DNA of 64,000 nt, taken from contig CM120649.1 of NCBI GenBank assembly GCA_051362555.1, positions 4,216,001 to 4,280,000 on the forward strand. The letters run 5' to 3'. Below the pieces are notes generated by a model that ran no database searches, was not told the origin of the DNA, and saw only the letters and a list, made by a program, of their open reading frames with translations. This document shows, one piece after another, positions 1 to 12,486 of this stretch (positions within the stretch are counted from its first letter, which is position 1; every line of letters starts with the position of its first letter). This DNA is from Lingula anatina. Taxonomy: Eukaryota; Animalia; Brachiopoda. The position numbers and the translations under genes are program-made.

Positions 1-175
1 ATATAGTATACTAGTAGTAATAATAAGAGTAACAAAATTAGAGACTTCACATTTTTTATGGCATGACGTTGCAGACTTTACAAACCCACTACTTATCCAA
101 TGTCTTTATAAAAGAGACAGTGAAATATGCATTTGAAATTGTTGGTTTGATTTTAATTCAGCTCTGTCTTTCCAG

Positions 176-3100
176 GGTTTTAGGACTACAGCAACAAAGG
201 GTCCTTTGATAGGAAAACCAGTTTCAGGAATATCATTTACAATAAGAGATGGTATGATATCTTTTGTGTTGATAGAATTATTGATGAAGAGCAGTTGATT
301 GCTGCTTTTTTTAGTGTAAAAAGTCAGTAGGGATGGGGGAAGGAGGTTAGTGTTGCTGAGATGAAAGGTCCCTAAACCCGAATGAACTTTTCCCTTGTTG
401 ACCAGGGACAACAGACTGCCTCTTTAAATTGAATATAGAAAATTATGTTAGTTGAATGGGAGCTTTGCAAACTTTGAATCAAATTATTCTAGATGTAGAA
501 CAAGCACTAAACCTTTATAAAGAGGAAATCAGATTTTCCAGATAAGGGGAGACTTTTCTCACTGATCAATTTACAAAATATTAAATCATTTTGAATTTGA
601 GTTTTCCATCTTTTGAGTCACACTCCTAATGGAGACTGATGTTTTTCACTCATAAGAGTAAAAAATAGAAACTAATAACTGAAAGAAAAGCATTTACAGA
701 TTTAATATTGTTTTGTGACGGACATGATTAAGAGAAAAATTTTAAAATTGGCTGGAACTTTTATTTGTTGTGCATTAATGTCTAAAGCGAGTTGTATGTC
801 ACTCCTCAGTTTAAAATAAAGACCTGAATTCTTTCCAGGGGCCAGCCACAGCGTGGACTCCAGTGAGTATTCCTTCTTCTGTGCCGCTGAGGGAGCAATG
901 AAGCAAGGTAGGGTTTATCAAGATGGCATTGAAAATGGGATTCCCTTGTGAAGTAGCACCCCCTCCCCCCCCAAGCCTCAGGGCTTGAGAGAGAATTGCT
1001 CTCCCCTTTTTGCCCTCCCAGCAACTCGCCCCCCTCCAAAAGCGTTAATGAAAACAAAGACTTAACGAGACAAAAACCAGCAAATTTTCACTCCCTAGGA
1101 ACTAAATTTACATATTTAACAAGCAAAGGATCGGGGGCATTTTTTAAAAAAAATTTCAATTCTAGCCTGTCACCCCTTCCCCTTCCTTACCCTGTACCAG
1201 AAGTGTTTAATATATTTTTGTAATTTGGACCCAGCAGTGATTGCGAAAGCCGTCGGACCACGGCCATATGCCGGCAAAAGTTCTGTGGGCTGGAAAACCC
1301 TTTTAACTCATCGGCCCACATGTCCGACAGACTAAAGTCAGTTTCTTTAACAGACACCTCGCCTCATATTTGAATGAATTTATCGTAAAGCTCTAAGTAC
1401 GCACTAATTCGCAAGTAAAACTTTAACTTGCGCCATACTGGCGCGTTTTGTAATAAAGGTCTTGAAGTGTGCGTAGCGATGGTGTGAGGGCTGACGTGTG
1501 ACCCGTTTCACAAAAAAATGTATCGAAACTGAAATTACTACAGGTCAATGAAAAACGTACTGCTCAAGACTCTGAAAACAGGCCGCTCAAACTGCTTACG
1601 ACTGGCCACGCGCGGACCTCTGAGAACACCTAACTACACGTGCTGGGTAAACAAGTATGGCTTCCGTCGGACTGCATGTTGAGTAAACGATAAGTGAAAA
1701 GGAGAAATATTCATTTGCTTTTTAGATGGGTGCTCTTAACTAATTTTAACGGATATTTTAAGTCATATTGCGCCTTTAGCGGTGCTATATGTCAAAATGA
1801 GGGACAACATCATTTTCCATGCGGAAAATCCGCAATGGCACAGTCAGGGTGCAAAACTGTCCATTACAGTATATTCATCTAAACTTTAGTCTTAGATATT
1901 GAATAAAAATTCTTTTCAGACTCTGGCCCATAGCCAGGGATGGTTCAGGGGTTTCGAAAGAACCGCCTCTTATGCTGACAAAAGGTCCACTCTTGGTAAA
2001 ATTTGATCTAGGTACATGGCGTTTTTATGGAAAAAGACCCTCCCCCCTTTTAAAATTGCTGGCTACGGGCCTGCTATGAGAGCAATAGCTTTATTTTACA
2101 ATAAAAATGGGATTTGTCTACCTTTTCCATGTAGTGCAATTATTTGGCATAGTGCAATTATCAATTCTGAAGATTTTTCCATTAAGTACTGTACAATTTT
2201 TCAGACAGTATGTTTATTTTGGAAGATTTTTCCACACACAATTATTTAGGACTTCAGAGTAGTAGCATTAAGCCTTTTTTCATTGATTTTAATCATATAA
2301 AAAATATTGAAATACAATGAATTTTCTTTAAATAATTCACGGCACACATTTTTAAAAAATGGCACACTTTTTTTGACCAAGTGGGCCAAAATGGCCCGAC
2401 CAGATTTTGACCCAGGACAATCCCTGCTAACAGACAAGCATTTTTCCAAGAGTGAAAATCTAAAAAACGTTACAAAAGTTGGAAGCTCCACTTCACTATG
2501 ACTTATGTTTTAATTTAAGTCAAAAATTGGAATAAAATTTACAAAGGATACATGATCTTGTGTTAAAAGATTAGAAATTAAGATAGGCAACCCAGGTGTA
2601 AAAAGGATAAAACTTAAATGCCAGAAAGCAACCAAAATGAAAGACGTTTAAACTTAAACCTTTAAACATCCTATTACATCTGGCCTGAAAATTAAAAAGC
2701 AACGATTTAAAATGCCAGACAATAATATTCATCAAAAATGAAGTGAAAATATACAGCTTGATTATTTTGTTGTGGGCCGGTAAAAAAAGGTGTGGGCTGA
2801 CAAAATTTAATTTGCTCCAGCCCACATGTCTGGTAAGTTTTCAATCTCTTTCGCAATCACTGACCCAGACACATTTTAGTTGTGTTACAATTAATAATTT
2901 TCATTTCCAAACTGAAAACTATCCTCAGAATTAGCATCTTTCAACTCTTGGCTTCCTATGAATCGCTATAGTTATTCATATTCAGTTGAATTTGAATTTT
3001 AGTCATATTCTAGTTGGCAGGACTGAAAGTTTTATCTTACTACTGCTTGTCTTTTTACAACTAAATTTGTTTTCCACCTTAATTTATTTCCAGTGTATGA

Positions 3101-4089
3101 GAATGGGCAGTGGCAAATTTTAGAGCCTGTCATGACTGTTGAAGTGATGGGGCCTATGGAAAATCACGGGACCATGTTGCACACGTTACAGACTAGGTCC
3201 GCCATTATAACAGGAACAGACCAAGTTGCAGGCTACAGTATTATTTATGCTGAGGTAAAACCTGTGGATTTTATCAATGAAATTAAGCAACCAATCAATT
3301 TTTGTTTTACAAAGGCTATGGCCAGGGCTTTACCCAGGAGACTGAATGCATTATGGGCCATAGCAGAGACTTCACTGCTAAGGGCCATTCCCATTGAAAC
3401 TATTGTTCTAGACACATCTCCTCGAGTAGCTAGTGGGTGATCAACTGTCTTGTGCAGTCGGCTTCTGGAAGAATGATGTGATTTTTTTCTTCAGTCAACA
3501 GCTAATATTGAGATTTTAGTTTTTGCCTCCAATATTTCAATGTCTATTAGGACATCTTCTTCGGGGAATGAGGCTATCCAGGTGAATATTATTAAATTAT
3601 TAGCTGTTGACTGAAGAAAAAAATCACGTCATTCTTATAACTTAACACAGCTGATGAAATTCTTCTCTGGCTTCGGGAATTTTTTTCACTTTGTTATGAG
3701 TGCTACTGACTGCACACACAGGCTAACTTGAGTAGACATGATAAAGTTAATATGACTGCATTCAGCAAGAGTCCCCACAAAGCTGGACCGATCTACGTAG
3801 AACCATATTTTCCTTGGGAAGACAATAATATTCTCATGGGTTATTTTCACCTCAGAGAATTTGATTCATTGTCTTAAGTGGAGAAAAAGTCTTTTAAGAT
3901 ATTTGTGATGTTCCTCTTAAGTGGCTAAATTTTGTAGGTTTTGTTTGCCCTAGAAAGGATTTTTGCCTTAATATGTGGTATTTCGCTTCAAGACTTTTTT
4001 ACTGAATATGTTTTTATGTACAGACACAGATGTGTCTGTACATATTGCCATCACCTGCGTCTGTCGTCGCCGTCGCCGTCGCCGATCAT

Positions 4090-4121
<32 letters not shown>

Positions 4122-6182
4122 GCACTTTCAGCGTTAACACCATAAGTGGAAGACAGTTTTACTTTTTGGCTTTATATTTACAGAGCTGACTAATATTCAT
4201 AAAACGCAGGTCAAGTTCGAAAATCAGCATGATCGGGCCATTATTGTAGAATTTATGCTGTTTTTTTCACTTTTTAGCATATATGCAACACTGTTAACAC
4301 ATTTCAAAGAAAACCGATTGGCCTGTTGTCATGAAACTCACAGGAGTAATCAGTCTTACTAAAACGCAGATCAAGTTCGAAAATCGGCATGATCGGGCCA
4401 CTATTTTAGTAGTTATGCTGTTTTTTCACTTTTCAGCATATATGCAACACTGTTAACACATTTCAAGGAAAACCGATAGACCTGTTGTCATGAAACTCAC
4501 AGGAGTAATCAATCTTACAAAAACGCAGGTCAAGTTCAAAAATCGGCATGATCGGGCCACTATTTTACTAGTTATGCTGTTTTTTACACTTTTCAGCCTA
4601 TATGCAACACTGTAAACACAATATAAGAAAAACAGATGGGCCAATTGTCATGAAAGTCACAGGAGTGGTCAATTTTACTAAAATGCAGGTTGAGTTCGTA
4701 AATCAGCATAATCGTGCCATTATTTTAGAAGGTATGCTGTTTTTTCACATTTCTTCAGATTCAATTTTTAGGCATGTTAACAGTCTCATTATTAAATTAA
4801 TAAGATACGTGAAAGTGTTTGTTTGACATTTCCTGCATCTTTACAACATTGTTAGTTGATTATGTAAAAATGATGGTAAACTTGTTATCATGTATTGTAT
4901 AATAGAGTTTCAAAAATGGAAATAAACTCATATCATTGCAATTTGTCAGATTCAATCATTCACTATGTTCAGAATCTCAGAATGGAAGAAATTGGACATT
5001 TAACACTGCTCTATTGATACTTTTCTCATGTCATCAATTTTCTTAGTTGATCATATAAAAATGGCAGTAAACTGTTAATTTTGTTTTATGTTAAAAATTG
5101 TTAAAAATGGGGAAAAAAACATTTCAGAACAGTGCTGTCTTGTTTACATTTTGGCATTTTCAAGTTGTGACTTTGAAGTTCCATGGGCCTGAAGACCTTT
5201 GCTAGTCACATTTTCTGAATATCCATGATACTAATATTTTATTAGTAAAAATTGATGGTCATTATGCTGTTAAACATTATGTAACATTGCATCAAAATTT
5301 GAAAAAAACCTATTTTGGGCACTGCTCCCATGATTACCTTTTAAGAAAAACCATGTCACTTACTGTTCTCAAACTTACAGGAAAGAAACATGGGACTAAA
5401 ATACAGCTTCAGTAGGCAATGCAATCTGCCAGATAAACAGTTTTTTTTGTGAAAATTTAATTTTTCACATATTGGCATTTTCAAGGTGTGACTTTGAAGT
5501 TCCACAGGCTTGAAGACCCAGGCTAGTCACATTTTCTGAAAATCCATGATACATACATTTTGTTATTAAAAATTGATTGTCATTATGCTGTTAACCATTA
5601 TGTAATATTGCATCAGAATAGAAGAAAACACAATTTTGGGTGCTGCTGCCAAGATGACCATTATGGGAAAACCATGTTACTTATGATTGCCAAACTTTCA
5701 AAAAAGAAATACAGGACTGAAATGCAGCCTGAGTTGGAAAAGCAGTCTAATTGACTTCTTTTTCTGGAAGTTTTACATTTTCAAAGTGTGAACTTGAACT
5801 CCCATGGGCCTGAAGCTTTATGCTTGTTTCACATTTTACTTACATTGGTATTACCTGTTGAGCATAATTAAAATTTGATGTTGAATTTGCAGTTTAACAT
5901 AATGTACTTTTGCATCAGAATTGACAGTAGCCTATTTTGTTATTTCCTGCTTTTTGTCTGTACATTTGACAGCTTTGCTGCCTTGTTTTAATATCATTTC
6001 AGGCGCCTCTTAATGAAATGTTTGGATATTCAATAGAACTGCGCAAAGTTACGCGAGGAGAAGGAGAGTTTTCCATGGAGTTTGCTCGCTACTGCGTTGC
6101 CACACACAAAACACAAACTGAGCTTATACGAGAATATCAGAAAGAAAAAGGAATTGACTTAAAGACAAAGAAAAGACAATAA
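176..6182 (+). CDS. GFM1: Mitochondrial elongation factor G1, last four coding exons (gene starts upstream of the window)
   Basis: Exons 176-251 (GFRTTATKGPLIGKPVSGISFTIRDG), 839-907 (ASHSVDSSEYSFFCAAEGAMKQ), 3094-3254 (VYENGQWQILEPVMTVEV...YAE) and 6003-6182 (APLNEMFGYSIELRKVTRGEGEFSMEFARY...KKRQ*). All are GT-AG with compatible phases. GPL.G, H.VDS, ILEP.M and PL.EMFGYS..LR..T.G.GEF.ME match EF-G domain IV/V. Confidence 0.93.
1235..2862. mobile_element. Non-autonomous hAT-like DNA transposon (~1.6 kb) in a GFM1 intron
   Basis: 15-bp terminal inverted repeats CAGTGATTGCGAAAG / CTTTCGCAATCACTG, flanked on both sides by ACCCAG. No transposase ORF. Superfamily inferred from the CAG terminus. 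Confidence 0.7.
1923..2072. mobile_element. Small MITE (CAGGCCCGTAGCCAG-type ends) nested in the hAT-like element
   Basis: Ends GGCCCATAGCCAG / CTGGCTACGGGCCTG; internal sequence is the reverse complement of the copy at 14080-14252. Confidence 0.6.
3380..3820. mobile_element. Tourist/PIF-Harbinger-like MITE copy containing a second palindromic element (3469-3636)
   Basis: Left arm AGGGCCATTCCCATTGAAACTATTGTTCTA and right arm GCATTCAGCAAGAGTCCCC...GGGAA match a family repeated across the window. The inner element has ~38-bp inverted arms (AGAATGATGTGATTTTTTTCTTCAGTCAACAGCTAATA). Confidence 0.6.
4011..5988 (+). mobile_element. Helentron-associated (HINE/DINE-1-like) non-autonomous element, copy 1
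   Basis: T-rich flanks; 5' palindrome TATGTACAGACACA-GA-TGTGTCTGTACATA; (GTCGCC)n microsatellite; ~160-bp tandem units (4201, 4361, 4520, 4680); ~320-bp units (5150, 5472, 5775); 3' subTIR TGTCTGTACAT followed by hairpin GACAGC-TTT-GCTGCC. This is the standard HINE layout. Confidence 0.8.
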
Positions 6183-6655
6183 AATAAAATTATTTTAATT
6201 TTTAAATTATTTATGACTGTGTATACTGTTTGAGAAAAATGAAAAAAAAGGAGCTAAAAGTAGAACAGTTCAGGAATGGTGCAAAGATGTGTTTGTGTGC
6301 ATTGAATGTTAAGGTGAATATGCTGGAAAACTGATCAAAGACTGCTTTATTCAAATAATTTATGTTTAAAATCACGCAACAGCTTTTCTATTGACATTCT
6401 ATCCCAGTGTCTATTGTGTTTTCAAGAAAGCATTGTAATATATGTACATTTACACCATCTTTGTGAGAAAAGAATAAAAGAATGACTTTTGTAATTTTTG
6501 AAATTGATCCCCAGAGTTGAGTTTTAACAGATGGTATATATTTTTCTGTGAAGTTTGAGATAATGTGCTGAGTTGTCACCTAAAAATTTTATTTGTGAAA
6601 AAAAACTTTATTTCTATTTATTTATTTATTTGATTATCTCTAGATGTAATTTGTC

Positions 6656-6684
6656 TCTAAACTAGAGTAGCCAAGCAGCTACAC
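6656..6684 (-). mobile_element. Helitron/Helentron-type 3' terminus
   Basis: Reverse complement GTGTAGCTGCTTGGCTACTCTAGTTTAGA is a GTAGC/GCTAC hairpin followed by CTAG-TT. Identical to 9104-9132. Confidence 0.5.
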
Positions 6685-6702
6685 AGTACTCCTTGGAAGT
6701 CC

Positions 6703-8751
6703 TTTTTATGTACAGACACAGATGTGTCTGTACATATTGCCATCACTTGTGTCTGTCGTCGCCGATGCCGATGCCGATGCCGATGCCGGCGCCGTGCACT
6801 TTCCTTGTTAACTCGATAAGTGGAGGGCAGTTTTACTTTTTGGCTTTATATTTACAGAGCTGATGAATATTCATAAAACGCAGGTCAAGTTTGAAAATCA
6901 GCATGATCGGGCCGTTATTGTAGAAGTTATGCTGTTTTTTCACTTTTCAGCATATTTTTCACATTTCCTCAGATTCAATTCTTAGACATGTTAACAGTCT
7001 CATTATTAAACTAATAAGATACATAAAAGTTTTTGTTTGACATTTCCTGCATCTTTACAACATTGTTAGTTGTAAAAATGATGGTAAACTTGTTATCGTG
7101 TATTGTGTAATAAAGTTTCAAAAATGGAAATAAACTCATATAATTGCAGTTTGTCAGATTCAATTATTCACTATGTTCAGAATGGAAGAATGGAAGAAAT
7201 TGGACATTTACACTGCTCTATTGATATTTTTCCCATCTCATCAATTTTCTTAGTTGATCATATAAAAATGGCAGTAAACTGTTAATTTTGTTTTATGTTA
7301 AAAATTGTTAAAAATGGAAAAAAAAAACATTTCAGAACAGTGCTATCTTGTTTCCATTTTGGCATTTTCAAGTTGTGACTTTGAAGTTCCATGAGCCTGA
7401 AGACCTTTGCTAGTCACATTTTCTGAACGTCCATGATACTAATATTTTATTATTAAAAATTGATGGTGATTATGCTGTTAAACATTATGTAATATTGCAT
7501 CAAAATTTGAAAAAAACCTATTTTGGGCATTGCTGATGACCATTTAAGAAAAACCATGTCACTTACTGTTCTCAAACTTACAGGAAAGAAACATGGGACT
7601 AAAATATAGCTTCAGTAGGCAATGCAATCTGCCAGTTAAACAGTTTTTTTGTGAAAATTTAATTTTTCACATATTGGCATTTTCAAGGTGTGACTGAGGT
7701 TCCACAGGCTTGAAGTCCCATGCTTATCACATTTTCTGAAAATCCATGATACGTATATTTTATTATTGTACCATCAGCGTTGGCGCTGGCGGTACACATG
7801 GTTTTAGTCCCGTCCGGTCCATTCCGCCGGCTCCGCCAGCTCCGCCGGCTCCGCCGCCATGTTACCGTTACCACTTCTCCTCCTAGACGGTAAGGGCCGC
7901 CATACCCATCTCTTGGATTTAGGTCACCTATAATCTCAACTCGTTCCACGTAAAATTTGGGCTTTGTCGGTATTGGGGTCTAGGTGTGGCACTCATTGCA
8001 ATGCACCCTTGTCCAAAAATGGCAAAATTAAATGCTCATTATCTACCCTATGGAAGGAATTATGGGAAAAATTTCTACAGACGGCTTTCCAAAAGTCATA
8101 TGTGTAGATTTCAAATATGCCCTTGGATTTGACCTTTGACCTTTATTTCAAGGTCAAACGGGCCAAAATTTTCAAGAAAACGAATTTTTTTACTAAAAAA
8201 AATTATTTGCACTGTTATTCAGACACCACACAGACTTAACCAATAATATTATTGGAAAGTGTTACCCTTCAGGTCATCTTTCATCTCCGTGAATTTGGGG
8301 TCAATCGGTGCATTTTCACGGGAGTAGCGGCCATAAGATACCGAAACTGAAAATTGTCTCTAATTCGAGAACCGTTAATGCTAGAGACCCATTCTTTTTT
8401 GCATTTTGTAGAGCATGTAAAGCCCAACACTGGGTGGTCTCCGTTTTTTTGTATTCCATACGGTTTTCAAGTTACGTTGTATCAAAAAGTACATATTGGT
8501 GGTGAAAGCAAAATGTGCAGTACGGTAATGGATAATAAATTTTGAACCCCAGAAAAATAAAACATAAGGCTTGGCGAGACAGACAACTTGTGGTCAAAAA
8601 TGACATTATTTCATCAAATTTGAACACCTGGAACTTCAGAGCACCTCCTATTTCAACAATTTTGACCAAAATGACCTTCAGAATTGACAGTAGCCTATTT
8701 TGTTATTTCCTGCTTTTTGTCTGTACATTTGACAGCTTTGCTGCCTTGTTT
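6703..8751 (+). mobile_element. HINE-like element, copy 2 (chimeric)
   Basis: Same 5' palindrome, (GCCGAT)n microsatellite, body similar to 4011-5560 and the same 3' terminus as copy 1. About 7760-8678 is unrelated sequence. Confidence 0.78.
7760..8678 (+). mobile_element. 5' part of a second HINE-like family embedded in copy 2
   Basis: Starts TATTATTGTACCATCAGCG-TTGG-CGCTGGCGGTACA (imperfect palindrome), then a (CCGCCGGCT)n microsatellite and a GACCTTTGACCTT motif. Its own 3' end is not visible. Confidence 0.55.
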
Positions 8752-9103
8752 CTTTTTTCTTTCTTTTTCTTTTTTTTTTTTCTTTGTTCACGGCTGGGTG
8801 GAATTTAAAGAAATGTCTGTAAGGTACAATTAGGTGTAAAAGAGATGTTTCAAATAAAAAAATTAAAAGTTTGACTTTCATCCTCGTGACTTTTTCCTGT
8901 GACTGAAAAAAAAAACCTAAAGTGAGTGGAAAGTTAAGGAAGTACTTAAGGGTTTCACTATTGGGCTTGAACGCTAGTTGAATTATCTTAAGAACAAAAA
9001 TGGCCCAATGTAGTTCTTAATAAATTCAGTATACTGATAGAAAGCATTTTGTTTATTGCAAAAAATAAAAAAGCTAAAACGGACGCAGTAATAAAATCAA
9101 ATA

Positions 9104-9132
9104 TCTAAACTAGAGTAGCCAAGCAGCTACAC
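9104..9132 (-). mobile_element. Helitron/Helentron-type 3' terminus, second copy
   Basis: Exact 29-bp direct repeat of 6656-6684. Confidence 0.5.
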
Positions 9133-9395
9133 GAGTAGTAAGATCGAAAATGAAGTAAATACACGTAAAATAAAGAAACAACATTATTTAAGCTCATAAA
9201 TTAAAATAATCCGTTTCAAATTGGTACCAGCGCTGGCGGCATTAACGCCTGCATAGCTCACATATTAGCATTGAATGAAGGCGCACAAATCATCAATCTA
9301 TATCAAACAGAATGGCGCACCCTGACGAGTAAAAATAATAAAACATCAAGGCGTGACGCTTATGAATATCTTGAATATTAGCCAGACCTGTGCCT

Positions 9396-9432
<37 letters not shown>

Positions 9433-10217
9433 GTAACAGAGCAGCGACAAAGGCATAACTGGCCACATTTCCTTCCATCAGTACAACTAATCGATCCGGA
9501 TGGAGTTCATGAGTTCATTCCATGCATTAATTCTTGCAGTACTCAACGCTTGGATTTCGTCACAGCAGAGAAAAGTACATAGAATTAATTAAACCAGAGG
9601 CAGATCTGTGGATATCTGTTGACAAATGTCAATCTGTCACCCTGGTAGGGGGCGCTGTGTACTGATGGCACGTCTGTCGTTCTGGCACCATTCCCAAAGT
9701 CGTCTAAGGACGTTAAGGACTCACCACACTTACGATAATGACTCGATCTTGTCAGTGGGAAAAAATTATCAAACTTTCTGATACAGATCATTTTAAAACC
9801 ATAAATATTCTATTTTTCTATAGCAGTTGTGGTGCTTTTAAATAATGCATAGCACAGAACTATAAGGTGGTCTACTTTTCAATTTTGTTGCTACCACTCA
9901 AAAGGATTGCTCTTATTTTGAGAGATCAAGACTTGAAAATACAGTATCTGTAAAATTCACAATTTTCCCCCATTGAAAAGATCGATTCATTACCGTAGTT
10001 GTCAACAGAGATTATGGACTATCTACGAATGACCATATATATACAGTATCAGAAAATTTGTGGGTTTTGTGGTTAATAATATGTGCGTTAGTGCTAAAAG
10101 ATCTTCGGGTAGTGTTTGTAAACGCCCAATCCGTTTATAAGGCTTGATTTTGTCGACCTTTAGCTAATGCAATCACATTTACAGTTTAATGCGCCTAACA
10201 GGCCCTGTGTAGAATAT

Positions 10218-10258
<41 letters not shown>

Positions 10259-11323
10259 ACTAGTACGTTGGAAACTAAGAGGAGGCACGTTAGTCTGTTA
10301 ATCTGATTGTATTCAGTGACACTCCCCGTGGAGTTCGCGTGCATGAGATAGGTCGATAAAATTTATTGTGAACAGGTCCTTTAAGATGGACACTGAAATA
10401 TCGGAGTGCAAATAAACTTGCTTTAACTATTGATTGAACAAGGGTGTTGCTATGACCAAGTTGTGAAACAGGTGATGAAATTACTACATATATCATCGAT
10501 TATAATTTGTATTGCAAACATTGAAATGACTGGATCAGAAATTTGATAAATTATACTTTCTTTGTGGATTTATTTTTTATTATTATTATTATATGTAGGC
10601 AAAGTATTTGGCCATTGCAAGTTCCTCATACATTTTTAAAGAAGTAATAATAATAATAAAAACCGAAGCGTTTTTTTTTTTTTTAATCGAAGCATAAAAA
10701 AAGAACAGTTCATGTTGAAATTAAAAGAAACAGAAACGGTGATTTATTTATTTTTATCTATGATTATTATTATTAATGTGTTTGTGTGCGCAGGGATGTG
10801 TGTGCGCGCTTGGGCGTGTGTGTGTTCGGGTAGGAGATGTCGGGCGAGGCAGGAAATCTCCCGTTTCGGCAATTCCAATTGTTTAGCGGAGACACCCGAA
10901 CATCTACGCAAAGTAATCGCCGTGCACGGTGGAAGAGGACATTGCATTTTGCAAATTTCTCAAACGTTAAATTTTAGCTTAAATTTCGATTGTTCAAAAG
11001 ATATTTGGCACAGCATCCGGACCAAAGCTGCTGAAGCGCTGACATTCAATCCATGCAGCGGTACTTTCAGTATATTTTGCTGGTTCTCGTAAAAGTAGAT
11101 GTTTATTTTTTATTTTCTTTAACATGTTTTTTAATCAATATTCTGTGCATTTTTATTGAGCAAATTAACCCATTTGCATAACACCCAAGGAGTGTTACCG
11201 GAATTGTGGGTATCTGCACAATGTACATTACGGGGGCAATTTTTTTTAATTCAATGACGAGAAACAAAAATCCATTTGACGAAAACAGAAAAGTGAAAAA
11301 TAAAGTCAAATATGTAGACCCTA

Positions 11324-11365
<42 letters not shown>

Positions 11366-11811
11366 AATTCGATTTTTTCTAAAAATCTGGTGGAAGAAAG
11401 AGAGAAATTTAGCTTTTTGCGAAAGATCTTTTTGCGTAAATCATGAAATATTTAAGTCATGCCTTATTATATTATGGTTGTTTCTTGTATTCGGTAACGA
11501 AGGTTTTAGTAACAAAAGTTTTAGAAATAACAACCCGTTTGGATAATATTAGCACATTATTAATGCTAACAAAATTATAGCCTACTGCGCTAAAAGGGTA
11601 TTAAGAGATGTGCATTCATTATACTGACACATTTTGTCCTCAGCCTCAAGTATATTTTTCACAGTGCCTGATAAAGAAGGTTGTGCACATTACTATAGGC
11701 CTATTACAGAATGCAGTTTTGCCGTGAATCGCGTAAAACTTTTGACTGTGCAATGTCACCATTAGTCTACCTAATCCCTGATGTAACTGAATTGAGAATT
11801 TTATTTATGCC

Positions 11812-12008
11812 TTAGGGGGATAATAACTCTTCTTATGAGATCTATATTTCACAATAAAAACATGTGTGAAGAACTCATAGTAATATAATATATTCTGTTT
11901 TACCACAAAAACGGCAGTAATAGCTATTATTCTGATATCTGAGCTTGTCTTTAGACCACGTGACCTCCATAGATGGCTATACTATCTGCAGCACTACTGC
12001 ACAAAAAA

Positions 12009-12043
<35 letters not shown>

Positions 12044-12183
12044 AAACTTTTTAGAAAAAAAAACAGGGACTAACTTTGAATGTAAAAATGGATTCATTAA
12101 CCATTGGTAAGTATGGGAAAATTGTTGTTTACTCCAGGAAAATTCATTTTTTTGGTCAAAACGAAGAGTTACTATCCCTTTAA
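11812..12183. mobile_element. Kolobok-like MITE (~370 bp)
   Basis: Inverted ends GGGATAATAACTCTTC / GAAGAGTTACTATCCCT in a TTAA-like context; closely similar inverted copy at 52202-52547. Confidence 0.7.
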
Positions 12184-12241
12184 AAATTACAAAAACATCA
12201 AACAACTGAAAATAATGACCTGCGCCAAAGGACGCAACGAT

Positions 12242-12288
<47 letters not shown>

Positions 12289-12439
12289 AAAGCCAGTGAC
12301 AATCTATTACTAATTTATTGCATTATTTAAAATTATTTAAGTAAACATTCTAGATATTTCCTGGGACGTTACACATTGACAAGTTGCAAATTTTGTGAGA
12401 TGTTGTTGCTAGCGACAGCGACGAAGGTTTAAAATCCAT

Positions 12440-12486
<47 letters not shown>

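Noticed and set aside
106-411. 101-aa minus-strand ORF
   Set aside because: Antisense to the GFM1 exon at 176-251; no recognisable protein.
4200-4745. Regular 160-bp repeats as a possible CRISPR-like array
   Set aside because: The units are contiguous with no unique spacers, and they lie inside a eukaryotic transposon.
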